From Octopus sinensis (taxonomy: Eukaryota), in assembly GCF_006345805.1 (NCBI RefSeq), contig NC_042999.1:106702001-106766000 (forward strand): a DNA stretch of 64,000 nt. Direction: 5' to 3'. The position numbers and the translations under genes are program-made. The notes beneath the pieces are model-generated. The model was not told the DNA's origin and searched no databases. It saw nothing but the letters and a program-made list of their open reading frames with translations. Positions 27,031-40,220 of the stretch are shown in pieces; position 1 is the stretch's first letter, and each line of letters begins with the position of its first letter.

Positions 27031-27087
27031 TTAACAAAACTGTCCGACGAACGGGAACGTGAAACTCCGAGTAACAGCTTTTGTTAA
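27031..27087 (+). ncRNA. compact type I hammerhead motif with CCGACGA core (H7)
   Basis: UUAACAAAA-CUGU-CCGACGA-ACG-GGAA-CGU-GAAAC-UCCGA-GUA-ACAG-C-UUUUGUUAA; long stem I with one bulge, 3-bp stem II with GGAA loop, quasi-palindromic stem III. Confidence 0.7.
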
Positions 27088-27136
27088 ATTTCTGCTGCTT
27101 TTAAATAAATTATATGTATATACACACACACACACA

Positions 27137-27218
<82 letters not shown>

Positions 27219-27665
27219 GAGACCAAACGTGTACGTATGCCGCTATATGTATATATAAAAAACAAAGCAAAAATGGAACAAGAATGTAACAGGTGACAAC
27301 AAAACATTCAGATAGTTGAAGTTAGACGATACAAAAAAGGACAGGAAAATGCAAGGACGGGTCATTCGGAGCTTTCTATCTTCAGTCGAGTTCCAGATCG
27401 TCGTTGCAGTTTCGGCCGGTTATACTCGAGACTGCTCCAATCTGGCCGGCCCCAAGAAAATCTAAACTAAGAGCACTAGATTCTTTGGAAGAAAGCAAGC
27501 GAATGTATGCGAAAACAAGAACGAAAAAGTCGGATAAATGGTACACTATTACAAATACCAACAACAGGAAAATGACAACAGGTGTCTTTCGACTAAGAGC
27601 GAATATATTTAAACTGGCGTGTGTGTTAGTGAAGCCTTACAGCAGGAACATTAGAGATGAAAGTC

Positions 27666-27816
27666 ATGGGAAGGAGTATAAGAGATGTAACATGGTTGGT
27701 AGTCGAACCAATAAAGAAAGCTCAGACTTGGCGGAACACCGGTCACGTGGAAGGAGAGGAGAGAGGTAGGGGCAGAGGGATTGAAGAATTACGGAGGGAC
27801 GAGAAAGACAAAAAAA
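27666..27816 (+). repeat. 150-bp direct repeat, copy 1
   Basis: atgggaaggagtataagagatgtaac...gagaaagacaaaaaaa recurs at 29010-29160 with about 2 substitutions. Confidence 0.9.
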
Positions 27817-28206
27817 GAAAGGAAAGGGATGGAGTGGGGTAAAGGAGGAGGGAAGGTGATGAAAATGAAGGGAAGGCCAAGAAATGTGAGAGAGGGGAAA
27901 CGAGAAAAAGAGGTGTGGAAAGGGACAATTAATAGTGAAACTGGAGTTCGAGATAAACTAATTAATTACTTTTCTTTCTGGTGTTATAACAGCGTGCTTC
28001 GTGAATTCTCTTTTTCGTGACTTGGGGTTTAACTACCCTCTTAGCATGTAAAGAATCTTGTCAAGGGTCTCTTCTCTGTATATAAAAATGTTTTCTACAC
28101 ACTCTTATATATATACAAACATACACACACACGCAAATCACACAAACACACACACACACTCACACACACACACATACACACACATAAATACATACATATA
28201 TATATA

Positions 28207-28320
28207 AAGGGTGCGTAAGATATTGGAGGACAGATTTATGTTTATAAAAAAATTATACATAATAACAGATAACTTTATTTATCAAAAAATGCTATCAGGA
28301 TAAAAATAGCCTTTTCTATA
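28207..28320 (+). mobile_element. solo end of the Tc1/mariner family seen at 12268-13464
   Basis: aagggtgcgtaagatattggaggaca resembles TIR cggggtgagtaaggtatttgaggaca; downstream matches 12270-12370. Confidence 0.65.
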
Positions 28321-28420
28321 ACTTGGGATATGCCAGAAACATTTGTAAGACATCCAATAATTAAATTACTAATCAATTACCTCAAATTCGCTTTACTCTA
28401 ATTAAATATTCTAAATGACT
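28318..28420 (+). mobile_element. PLE pLTR family B fragment (3' half of hammerhead only, H8)
   Basis: ataacttgggatatgccagaaacatttgtaagac...caattacctc matches 30433-30515. Confidence 0.65.
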
Positions 28421-29009
28421 TGAGATACTCGGTCTGCTTTGGTTTTTGTTGTCCTATACCCTCTTCTACGGATCACTAGCTCCAGACTCAGTTGTGAAAT
28501 TTGGAACCTAACGGATGACCAGTTATAGCACGTACACAGCGTACGTATTCTTTTGGATCACCAGTGAAATAAATCCTTCATATTCTTTACACACACACAC
28601 ACGCACACGCGCGCGCGCGTGCGCACAAGCATGTGTACATATATATAGCATGTTTATTCGCTTTGTACAGGCACTAATGAAGATTTCCAAAGTTCTAAGA
28701 CTTCATTGTTTTCCTGACAACTAGAAACTCAAGATATTGCCCAGAGGTGTATTATGTATACTTTGAAATGTGAAGTGATTCTATTTGCAAGTGCCTTTTC
28801 GTATTAGCTATATGTAGGTATCATTATTCGACGTCATCGCTCAATTTTTATCACTAATCTTCTTACACACAAACAGATATTTTATATAACGTTTACATTA
28901 TTTTCCCCATATAATTGTTACCTGTGTGTGCGCGTGTGCGTGCGTGTGTGTATGTGTATGCGTGTATTAATTTATATATAAGTACATATATATATATATA
29001 TATATATAT

Positions 29010-29160
29010 ATGGGAAGGAGTATAAGAGATGTAACGTGGTTGGTAGTCGAACCAATAAAGAAAGCTCAGGCTTGGCGGAACACCGGTCACGTGGAAGGAG
29101 AGGAGAGAGGTAGGGGCAGAGGGATTGAAGAATTACGGAGGGACGAGAAAGACAAAAAAA
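29010..29160 (+). repeat. 150-bp direct repeat, copy 2, embedded in (AT)n
   Basis: Near-identical to 27666-27816. Confidence 0.9.
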
Positions 29161-29492
29161 ATGTATATATATATATATATATATAATCTTTTCCATCTGT
29201 CTGTTCCCAATGCATTCTCGAACAGCTCAACCAAATCAAACCAAATTTTACATGGTAACACTACCACACACCAGAAGTGTCAGCATCTAATTTTGGGGGG
29301 ATTAAAACAATACAACATTGGCACTGGTTCCGTATTACATCTCATAACTAGAAGAATAAATGTGAAATCTTCGACGGAGTAAGTTATAGTTTCACTTTTA
29401 TATTGTTTCACTTTTAATAGATTCACTTTTGTATTGTTCCACTTTTAATACTTGCACTCTTAATAGTTTCAAATTTAATACTTTCACGATGT

Positions 29493-29543
<51 letters not shown>

Positions 29544-29792
29544 GATAGATTGATAGATAAATAGATAGATATACATATATGTATGTGTGTATGTGTATAT
29601 ATATTTGTATATATATGTATATGCATATCTTTGCATATATGTGTATATATGCATATACATATATGTATATATCTATATATATATATGTGTGTGTATATAT
29701 ATATATGTGTTTGTATATATGTGTATATATATATATGTATATATGTGTATATATATATATATATGTCTATATGTATGAATATACATATGCGC

Positions 29793-29829
<37 letters not shown>

Positions 29830-29902
29830 GATATATATGTACATATGTATATGTATATATGTATGTATATATATATGTGTGTGTATACAGATATATGCAC
29901 AC

Positions 29903-29936
<34 letters not shown>

Positions 29937-29963
29937 CTATATAAGTACATATATGTATACATG

Positions 29964-30170
29964 TACATCGTCCCTATACAAACCCCTCTTGATGTTAGAG
30001 GAATACATGCGGAGTAGTTGGAGGAGGTATATTCCGACCAGATCCGTGATCTGAGCAGAGTCAGTGGAGCCCATGTTTATATCGAAGAAATTGTTACTAT
30101 TATTATTATTATTATTGAGGGTAACTTTGCACCAAAGCTTATCGTCGAACGCAACATTCAAAATACTGCC
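29964..30170 (-). pseudogene. Penelope-like reverse transcriptase fragment (catalytic region)
   Basis: ORF 29937-30161: AFDDKLWCK...[23 protein letters not shown]...GLYRDD matches the PLE RT signature FDVTMGSYDGAEVCELVG...GLYRDDG. Confidence 0.8.
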
Positions 30171-30390
30171 AAAATACTGCCTGGACTTACCTGGGATTAT
30201 ACTGAAGGACCTGTACCTTCACAGAAGTACGGACCAACCTCCATACCTTCTGGAAGAAGGTGTTCTGTGAAATTTATTCTCCTGTCTGTATTCTTCTATG
30301 TACTGCTTTACTCTTTATTCTTCTATCTACTATTTTATTCCTTTATAAACTATGAATTCCCTGTTTAGAACTTTCATACATACTTAACTT

Positions 30391-30466
30391 GTCTTTGATG
30401 ATGGAATACATGGTGCATGGAGATGCTAAACTATAACTTGGGATACGCCAGAAACAGCTGTAAGAT
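30391..30466 (+). ncRNA. type I hammerhead motif, UUGAUGA core, long loop 2 (H9)
   Basis: GUCU-UUGAUGA-UGG...(loop)...CCA-GAAAC-AGCU-GUA-AGAU; same family as H3/H4. Confidence 0.6.
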
Positions 30467-30562
30467 ATACAATAATTAATTAATTAACTAATTATTCAAT
30501 TACCTCGAATTCACCTTACACGTCCTGCCTTCGACTTTGTTGTCCTTTTTCCTCTAATATAA

Positions 30563-30605
30563 CTGATAAGTTTGATAGGCTTCGGCCAGTATAGGCCCAG
30601 GCCAT

Positions 30606-30606
<1 letters not shown>
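30563..30606 (-). mobile_element. extreme 3' end of a CR1-like LINE
   Basis: Minus atggcctgggcctatactggccgaagcctatcaaacttatcag matches the 55984-56035 tail. Confidence 0.55.
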
Positions 30607-30695
<89 letters not shown>

Positions 30696-33350
30696 CATAT
30701 ATATAATATATGTGTATGTATGTATGTATATATAAATATATATCTATAAATGTATGCATATAGCGCAATCGGAAACTACTGAAATATTTACATAAATTCT
30801 TTCAATTTGTGAACAAAAAACAAAAACTTTCAGCGAAAGAACTCACTTTCAATATAACTAGGAAATTGTTGTCATAATAGCAAATTTCGAAAATTGGTTT
30901 ATAAATATTAAATACTAAATTTGACGTTGATTTCAAAAATTTCCAAACATGACTGATAAGATTCAGTTTTGACCCTTTCAATCCTATTGCTTCTATCCAG
31001 TCTTCTTACAAAACAACAACATGTAGCTATCTATCAAACTATCACTCTCTCTCTCTCTTGCAATACTATCTTCTTCTTCTATCCACCTCTTGCTTCTATC
31101 ACTTTGGTTCTCATCGATCACACCTTTTCTACTTTCTTACTCTGACCATTTTCCCATACAGATATGCAAGAGGGAAAGAGAAAGTTACAAAGGTACAGGG
31201 ATAATGACGGAAGAACTGATGCTCTTTTGCCTTGTCAAGCAAGAGAAACCTTTTCGCATTGCTGAACAAACGGAAAAGGCGTAAAATAGAGAATACTTAA
31301 TATTGCCACAAACATGACGTTTCTGGCAGTGTACCAAAACAAAAATTCAGCCATTACACTCTAAAATATTTTGTCATTGAAAGGATAACTAATCTTAGAA
31401 ACCATGCTAAACAGAGAATGTGTGACGAAGACGGATCCTCTAGACTATCATGAATGATAGTGACTCCAAATATGAATTGACTTTAAATGTGTCGATATAT
31501 GTACTCATACCAGCAATAAAATGGAGACGTAATAATATTAAATGATGAGGTTGAGGAGGAGGAGGAAGAAGAAGAATATGGTGGTGGAGGGAGTGATGAT
31601 GATGGTATTTATTTCAGAATGTTGCTTGCTTTCGTTTTTAAGTATCCGCATTTGCTACACTTACATATCATTGCATATATTATCCCACTAAATTGTATTA
31701 TTTTCTCTATTACTCAGCCTTCTCGTTAATTGTTTTGCACCAAAAAAAAAGCATTTTTGACATAATTTCTAAATATTCATTCACACAATTGCTATACCAG
31801 CTCATTTCCATACGTAAAATTTTAAATTCTAATTTTAATGTCACTTTCGCGCATTGCTGCAAAGATATATGCATAGAGAATAGGAAAAAAATTTACTCTT
31901 GATATTTCAATTGATTCAGTGATTCGCCGCCGGCGTCTTTGAGACAATATATATAAACAAGAAAACATATTCATTATTCTCTTTGAAATACTGATGACGA
32001 AGTTATCAAATGGCTTCACGTTTCAGCCTACACATAAAGCCAAGAAAGATACTTTGTGTTTGGAGTTAAATGCGTTGGTGTATGTATGTAAATATATATA
32101 TGTGTGTGTATGCATATAGCTGGACATACAGACATACAGACAAGCAGATACACACTCAGAGATAGATATAGATATAAACTTGTATATATACATACATATA
32201 CATACATATCTATATATCTCCATATATACACATATATATATGTGTGTGTGTGTGTATTATTTACACGCACATGAATATATATACTTGCATATTAATAGAT
32301 TTATACATACGATTAAACGATATTGACACAGTTCTACATTACTTGAAGTTTCATAAGTTCAGAAATTGCCCATATACTCAGACATACATAATTAAAGAGA
32401 AGAAAATTCAAAACAATTTTTAATTCGTCTCACATAGGTCAGTTCAGGTCGCTTTGAATACTTGATGTTAGGAGCAACAGTGGTTGTTCAGTAATACAGC
32501 CCACATAGTACAGCTGACAATCTATTGGCGCCAGTGACTAAGTTTTCTGTGAAAGTTCACAGTTTAGCGACGAAAGTTGATGAGGCACAACATGACCAGG
32601 TAACCAATTTCGTAGTGTTTGGTTGCATTATTAATTACCCAACTATAATTATAATTATAGTTGGCAACGATGATAGACTGTGTAAGGGAAAATGTGATCC
32701 CGATGGAAAATCAGGGGTTACATACACTACTACAATGGTTTGCAACTAACAAGGGCTGGGGTCGTTTTTCAGTGAATATTGGTTTCATGTTCATTAACAA
32801 TATTTTCTTTGGAAACAACGATAGGAAAGATTGGTTTTCCTATTGATAAATACGATAGAACGTTGCAGTATATGTGGTCCTGATGAAGGCAAAGTGAGCT
32901 ATTACAAACTCGATGTATGAAAGGTCTAACTCGAACTTTGTGATTGAAAACACTTGCTCTATAAGAATTTCATCTAAAATGTCAAACACAATGGAATTAA
33001 CTGCTGTCGCTATTTTCCGAAGTAACTACGCAATCTTCACTGATCAATCCAATGTTATCCTAAATGATCTTATCAAGATGCCATTTCTTGGTTTATTTTA
33101 AGTTCTCTTGCATTTAACTATTTGACTCCTAAGGGCGCTAGGTGCTCTATACACATATATGTATATAGGTTTGTATATGTGTATGTATATATATATATAT
33201 GTGTGTATGTGTGTATGTATTAATGTATGTATGTGTGTATGCATGTATGTATAATTACATATATATGTATATATATATATACACTCACACACACATATTC
33301 ATATGCATCATTTACCTATGTACGTATGTTTATATACATGTATGTGCGTG

Positions 33351-33422
<72 letters not shown>

Positions 33423-33992
33423 ACATATATATATATGTGTGTGTGTGTGTACATATACGTATGTATATATGCATATATATATTATATTATTATATGATTG
33501 AACACCACGCATCTTCTTCCAAGTAAGTTTTATCTTAATAATACTCATATGCACTCTATACCATCTTTTTACTCTTTTGCTTTTCTCTCTTTCTCTCTCT
33601 TATTCTTTTACCTCCTCTTCTCCCACTATTATATCCTATTACTCTGTCATTCTCTCTCCCTCACTCCCCTCCCTTGCTCACGTGGCTCCAACGTAACCAT
33701 CGGCCATCTTTCTTCTCCTAACTTTTGTTTCTTTCCGTTGTAGCTGGAACAAGGATGATGTGTTGTTGTCTGTCTCCTGTCCAACCTTGATTTACGCGTT
33801 CACCACCACAACCACGTTTAGGGTTAGCAGCCCTTCCTGTTTGTTTTCACTGTCCTGTTTGTGTTACCAATTTTGACCCATCACAAAATCCCAAATTTTA
33901 TTTAATTTGCTTTGCGGGAGCAACTGTTTTATTGAAAGTGTATATTGTTGTTAAATGCTCGAAATACGAAAGTGTATGTATATATAAATATA

Positions 33993-34035
<43 letters not shown>

Positions 34036-34192
34036 AGGTATGAACAGGCGCGCTTATGTGAATACTATGAACTTTTTACCCCTTAACTTACTTAGCGGTC
34101 ATTCAAATAGCTCTTTTGTCTTAATAGCGGTCAATAACACAGTAATTTCCCTTTGTATAACGGTCATTTTTCATAGCGTTTTTCCGATGGCC

Positions 34193-34255
34193 GGATAACT
34201 GAAGAGATGGTGGCATGGATTTCCACCTCGGCATCCGAAATTCAGAGTTTTATCT
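34193..34255 (+). ncRNA. type I hammerhead motif, CUGAAGA core (H10)
   Basis: GGAUAA-CUGAAGA-GAUG-GUGG..CCACC..CAUC-C-GAAA-UUCAGA-GUU-UUAUCU; stem I GAUAA/UUAUC, inner GGUGG/CCACC helix, GUU triplet. Confidence 0.65.
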
Positions 34256-34288
34256 TGGCTACCGAATAATTGTCACATATTACATTTA

Positions 34289-34377
<89 letters not shown>

Positions 34378-34440
34378 AAAGGAATGCAAAAAATGGGACA
34401 AGTACACAAAACATCCAGACACGTATTATGTATTTCTGTA

Positions 34441-34479
<39 letters not shown>

Positions 34480-34835
34480 ACCACACACAAGAACAAAGCA
34501 AACACTGAGCCACAGCTGTGGTCTTGTTATTCTCTGTGTCTTCTATTACTTCAAAAGCATCTGCATTTCTGAACTCGCAAACTCTCTCTCACTCACATAT
34601 ATATATAGCACTAACACATTCATACAGATATGTATCGAATACAAGTATGAGTATGTGTGTGTGTGTGTACATATACGTATAAGTATATATATATATATAT
34701 ATACAGAGAGAGAGAGAGAGATAAGAGGTATACATCGTTTTCAAAAAATGCCAACGTAATTAGTGTGTAGCCCAATTTTGGGTTGTGTCCCGCACTTTAC
34801 AGTGACTTTTGTATCTGCATGTGACTCTGTGTATA

Positions 34836-34888
<53 letters not shown>

Positions 34889-34912
34889 CAAGTGTAACAT
34901 GAATATATATGC

Positions 34913-34976
<64 letters not shown>

Positions 34977-34977
<1 letters not shown>

Positions 34978-37900
34978 TGTTTCTTTATTAGCCACACAGG
35001 GCTGCACACAGATAGAACAAGTTACAAGGTAGAGCTTTTCTTTTGAAGGTAAAAAAAAGGGGGGGTTTCGATCAAAAGGGATCGTGAAAGGAGAGAAAGA
35101 GGACGAAAAAAAGGGGGGCTTAAAAAAAAGGGGGGAGAGGAAAAACAATTGATCAATAGGGATCGTTATCACAGAAATGTCAATATGAAGTGTAAAGGGG
35201 AGGACAGGTGAGGTTTACCCGTGGAAAGAAAAGCCTACGGAAAAGACCACGGTAACCTCGGTCAATGAAGTCACATGTTATATTACTTTCTTTTATTTTT
35301 TTTTCAAATAAGCAACTCTCTGTATTAATTTTTATGGTTCATAGAATCATAGTCAAGGTGGCTTCGTCATTCATACGTGCCATCCTTGCTACATTCACCC
35401 ATCTTTTTTTAAAACATTCACTAGACAAAACTTGCCTATCTACTCTCACTTTCCTCCTCAAGTGATACTTGAAGAAGTTGATGAGAGATTGACCAGAGAG
35501 GAAAGTGTTTGTCTCTAATCCTTTCAGGCGCGTCCACCAGATACATTCTTTCGCCATAGCCACAAGTATGATAAAAATAGCTCTTCCTTCCCGTTTGAAG
35601 GAAGGAGGCGTAACGATATTAACGATAGACTCGGCTGATAAACCGACTCGTCCCACACGTGACAGCAGTCGTTCGACATAAGCCCACAGGTCGGAAATTG
35701 CTGGACACTGCACGATTGCGTGCAGAGCGGTTTCGTCGCTCTGCCGCATCTCGGGCAGGTCGGCCCCGTGTTTCTCGAGCCATGCCTATAGAGCTTATCC
35801 CGAACGGGTAGCGCTTCTCGGTAGCACCGCCAGGCCAGGGATCTCTGGAAGTTGTCCATAGGTCCCGGGCCGAAAGTCGTTTGAAACAGGCGGGTCAGGT
35901 ATTCCTCGTCGACGCCCAGGTTTGCCCCGAGCTCGTCGTCGTACCTCCCCTCCACTAATCCCCTATAGAATGCTTTGGTTGTGTTGAAGTCACTCAAGGT
36001 CGACCCGGGACGGCAGAGTTGCTTGAGAGCAACGCGACACTCGCGGTGCCATTTGCCCTTCCTCGGCCTCTTTTTGATCCACGACTGTAGTTCGGTCATG
36101 GAGACGAGTTACGGGAATGCGTGCCTCACAAACAGCGACCACACCTGTTCACCATCGTCTACATAGAGCCGGAGATGTCGCAGTCTCAGCGCGTGTCTGC
36201 GCATCATCAACCACGGCATGCCCAGCCCTCCTTTTAACGGGTGTTGACAGCAAATGGATCGCCTGACCATCGGGACGCATCCTTTCCACAAGAAGCGGAA
36301 GAGGATGAGTTCTAGTTTGGTGATGGTAGGGTCGGGACAAGGTACGACGGTCAGGCGGTAGTAGATGATGGACGCGATGTACGCGTTCACCACCTCCGCC
36401 CGACCTTTTAGGGACAGTTTCCTCTCGGCCCATTGCTGGGCGAGAGTGACCACCCTACTCGTTATCTCGTTCCAGTTCTTCTCCATTTGGAGGTCCGGAC
36501 CGAACCAGACCCCGAGCAACTCAACCGGCCGTCTGTCCAGCGTCCCACGACGGAGGTACTGGTGGACGGCATGGGCTTGCTTCTCCAGGTGCCGAGCCGC
36601 AAGCCCACTGACTTTTCCCGGTTGATTTTTGCTCCTGTCACCGCTTCGTAGTCTTTCAGTGTCTCGCCGACCCGCTCGATGTGCTCGTGGCTTGACACTA
36701 TGACGGTGACGTCGTCCGCGTATGCAGACACGCTCGTCCCGCATCCCAATTCTCGCGGGATGCCCCTTAGAGTCGCCAGTTTCCGCAGTAGTGGCTCAAG
36801 AGTCAATACGTATAGAAGCACCGAGAGGGGGCATTCCTGACGGACCGAACGTGCAATGTCGAAAGGTCTCGATAGATGTCCATTTACGCGAATTACCGAA
36901 CGGATGCCTCTGTACAAGGCAGCTATCCAGCCGCGGAAGACGGGACCGAAACCAGCCGCTCTCAGGACTGCCTCCAAGTATCGATGGTCTACCCTATCAA
37001 AGGCTTTCGATTGATCCAAGTTGATCAGGGCCCCACCCATGCCAGGTTCGTTAACTACCCTGTCTATGATGTAGCGCATCAGATGGAGGTTGTCATGGAT
37101 GCTCCGGCCCGGCACGGCGCACGTTTGTGCGTTGTCGACCAGTTTCTCGATGACAAGCGCCAACCTCTTGGCTAACACCTTTGTCAAAATTTTCAGGTCT
37201 GCATTGAGCAGCGTGATTGGTCTAAAGTTAGCTATAATGTTTCCCTTGTTTGGATCTTTCTTCAGCAGAGTTACAGCTCCTCGGCTCACAAAACCGGGTA
37301 TGCTCCCGTTTTGCTGCCAGTTGCAGTATACCGCTGCCAAGACGTCTCCAAACAAGTCTGGCATACAATTGTAAAACTCGTAGCGTAGACCATCCAAACC
37401 CGGTGATTTGTCCCTCGAGCATTCTGCTATCGCTTCCTGCACTTCCGCCGCCGTGATGGCACCTTCAGAGTACCCTGCCTTTCTTGTCGAGAGTCGTGGC
37501 AGGCTATGTAGGTAGGCACTGAAGTCCACCCTACGTTCCTGCCCTCCACTCGTCCCGAACAGTCGGGCAAAATGCTGCTGAAAGGCCTCACACATTTTAC
37601 TTGGCTCGAGCAATTCGCACCCCTGTTCATCTACCAGTGACCGAATGGTGGCTTTGTTGCCTTGTTGCGCCTCTGCCACCCGGGCCTCTCTCGCGGCTCC
37701 AACACCTTCGTTCCTTAGAGCACGCATCCTAGCTCTGACAGCACATCCTTCGTGTTTGGCGTTGAAGTGTTGGTCGAGGGCCAACCTCGCCGCCAAAACG
37801 TCGGATGCGATGCCGCTTCTAATTGCCTCTTCTAGCTTCTTAACTAGCTCACCCTCTACTCTATTTCTATCTATGGCTTGTGCTTTGCTGTACCTAATCG

Positions 37901-38564
37901 CTTCTGCTTTTACTGCTCTCTTGAGGGCAAACCACCATTTGTTGTTGATGATGGCTCCCGTCAAAACCCTCTTTACTAGTGTGCTAATCCGGTCTCTGAA
38001 AACTTGTCTGGACGGGAATGATGCATTCAGTTTCCAGTACCCAGGACCCTGTCTATGTGCCTTATCTAAGTCTAGCGTACACGTCACCAATTTGTGATCC
38101 GTGTAGCTGACTGTGTGGAATTGTGGACATCCTAAGTTATCCTTGTCTACTGTCCTACACAGTATCCTATCTAGATACGATCTCGACGACCCACTGCGGT
38201 GCTCCATGTCCACGTTGGTGCATTTGGGTGGTCGAGTCGGTACCTGTCAGACAGTTGGAATCGTCTGAGCAGGTCTCTGAGGCATTTGCATCCCCTTCTG
38301 TTTCTGTCTCTACCCACGTAGTCTACATGCGTGTCCAAGGTAGCATTCCAATCCCCCACTAAGAGTAAAGGACGAGACGTTCCCAAGAATACTTCTAGAC
38401 GTCGAAAGAAATCCGCCCGACCTGTTAAGGGCGGTGCGTAGACTGATACGAGTCGAAAAGCGCACCCATTGCTGCCGTCAACATCCAGAACGATCAGTCT
38501 ACCCTCCGGGTCTACGAATATCGTCTTGACTTCGAGATCCAGGCTCCTGTGAAAAAGTACCGCG
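34977..38564 (-). mobile_element. 5'-truncated L1/Tx1-like LINE (APE + RT + CCHC), frameshifted, inside (GATA)n
   Basis: ORFs 38171-38662 (EN: LLLVGDWNA), 36462-38213 (GYWKLN, KSPGLDGL, LDQSKAFDRVDH, SAYADD), 35339-36099 (CPRCG..HAIVQC); (GATA)n at 34913-34976 and 38565-38636. Confidence 0.9.
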
Positions 38565-39314
38565 AGATAGATAGACAGATAGATAGATAGATAGATAGAT
38601 AAATAGATAAATAGATAGATAGACAGACAGATAGATACTCCACCACTATTGTTTCGTTTCATTCACTTTATAGTAGTGATATCCATCATTATAATATTCT
38701 GGGATTTTCATTTTCAAACATATCATATTGCAAGTAAATCTTTTGAAAAGAAAAGATACAAAATAAAATACACCAGTTCACAATCAATTGTATGCATATA
38801 TGTGCATCAAAATATGTGTACCTCTATAACAAGTAAATTCTCACTCACATACACAGACATGCATCTATGCACAAAGATGGAAACATACACTCATATATAT
38901 ACATATGCGTATATATGCATAAATCTGTATAGATATTTATATATATTATTACATCTGTACCCTATTTCTCTACTGAGTCAGCTAACTATACATTTACCCA
39001 CCTAAATATGTATGTATGTGTGTGTGTGTATATATATATATGCATATATTCATATGTATATAACTTATTTTTATGTATATATGTATATATATATATATAT
39101 TATATATATATATATTATATATATATATACACACATGTATGCATATGTCTATATGTATATATGTGAATATGTATATGTACATATAGATAGATATAAATAT
39201 ATATATATGCATACCTGTATATGTATGTATATGTGTGTGTGTGTTTGTGTGTGTGTATGTATATTTTATATACATAAATATATGCCTATATTTATACACA
39301 TACAAAAAAACACA

Positions 39315-39363
<49 letters not shown>

Positions 39364-40158
39364 TAGTATATGTAATTTGTTGTTTGTGTTTTGTTTGTTT
39401 TTCCAAGAAAATATTTGCTGTTGTAAATAATTTGGTTTGTATTAATATTGTGTTTTGAGAGCTTTTAACAGAGACAACTAGAACAAAATAATAATAATTC
39501 TAAGAAATATTGATGTATTTGTTGTCAAGCTTCTATAAATACAAAGGTTTCTCTTTTATATTATTTTCTTATTTATTCATTTGTTTGTCTTTATAACATA
39601 TTATGAATTTATTACATTTTTGTATTAGAATATTTACCTCCATCATATATTTTTAGCATTCCTTTGCATGATTCTTTTTATTCCTGTCTTAATTTCGTTT
39701 TAAAATAGTGTGTTTATTACTATTGTTTTAAATATATCTAATTCCTATTTTTCTCAACGGTGTAAGAAATAACATAATATTCTTTTATATTTTTTCTGAT
39801 AATCCTTTGTCACATATTTCTGTAATTTTTTTTCACCGTTTGCTTTCCCTAATGGGATAAAAGTTTTATTACAAATGTATTGAAGCAAAACTATGATCTG
39901 TTATATTTCAATTCTTCTTTTTTTTTTTTCCTGTTTTTATGAGAAAGAACTTCTGTTTCTTTCTAAAATACATATAAATTCTGAAATTTTTAATGTTTCT
40001 TTTAAATTTCTCTCTATCTAACGCATTTTTCATTTCAATATGTGAATGAATGTGTGTATGAATGTGTGCTTGCATTAGCAATACACTGTGTTTGTCTGTG
40101 GGTAAAGAGAGCGACAGAGAGATGTAATACCATTTTAAATATTCATACAACATAATTA

Positions 40159-40220
<62 letters not shown>

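Noticed and set aside
27345-27460. Minus-strand ggccgg...ccggcc-GAAAC and CUGAAGA motifs
   Set aside because: Halves are in the wrong order and the stems needed for any HHR topology do not pair.
31990-32045. GGCUU...GAAAC-GUG-AAGCC on the minus strand
   Set aside because: CUGANGA absent and GUG is not a cleavable triplet.
32870-32935. gtcc-CUGAUGA-aggc motif
   Set aside because: No correctly placed GAAA or stems downstream.
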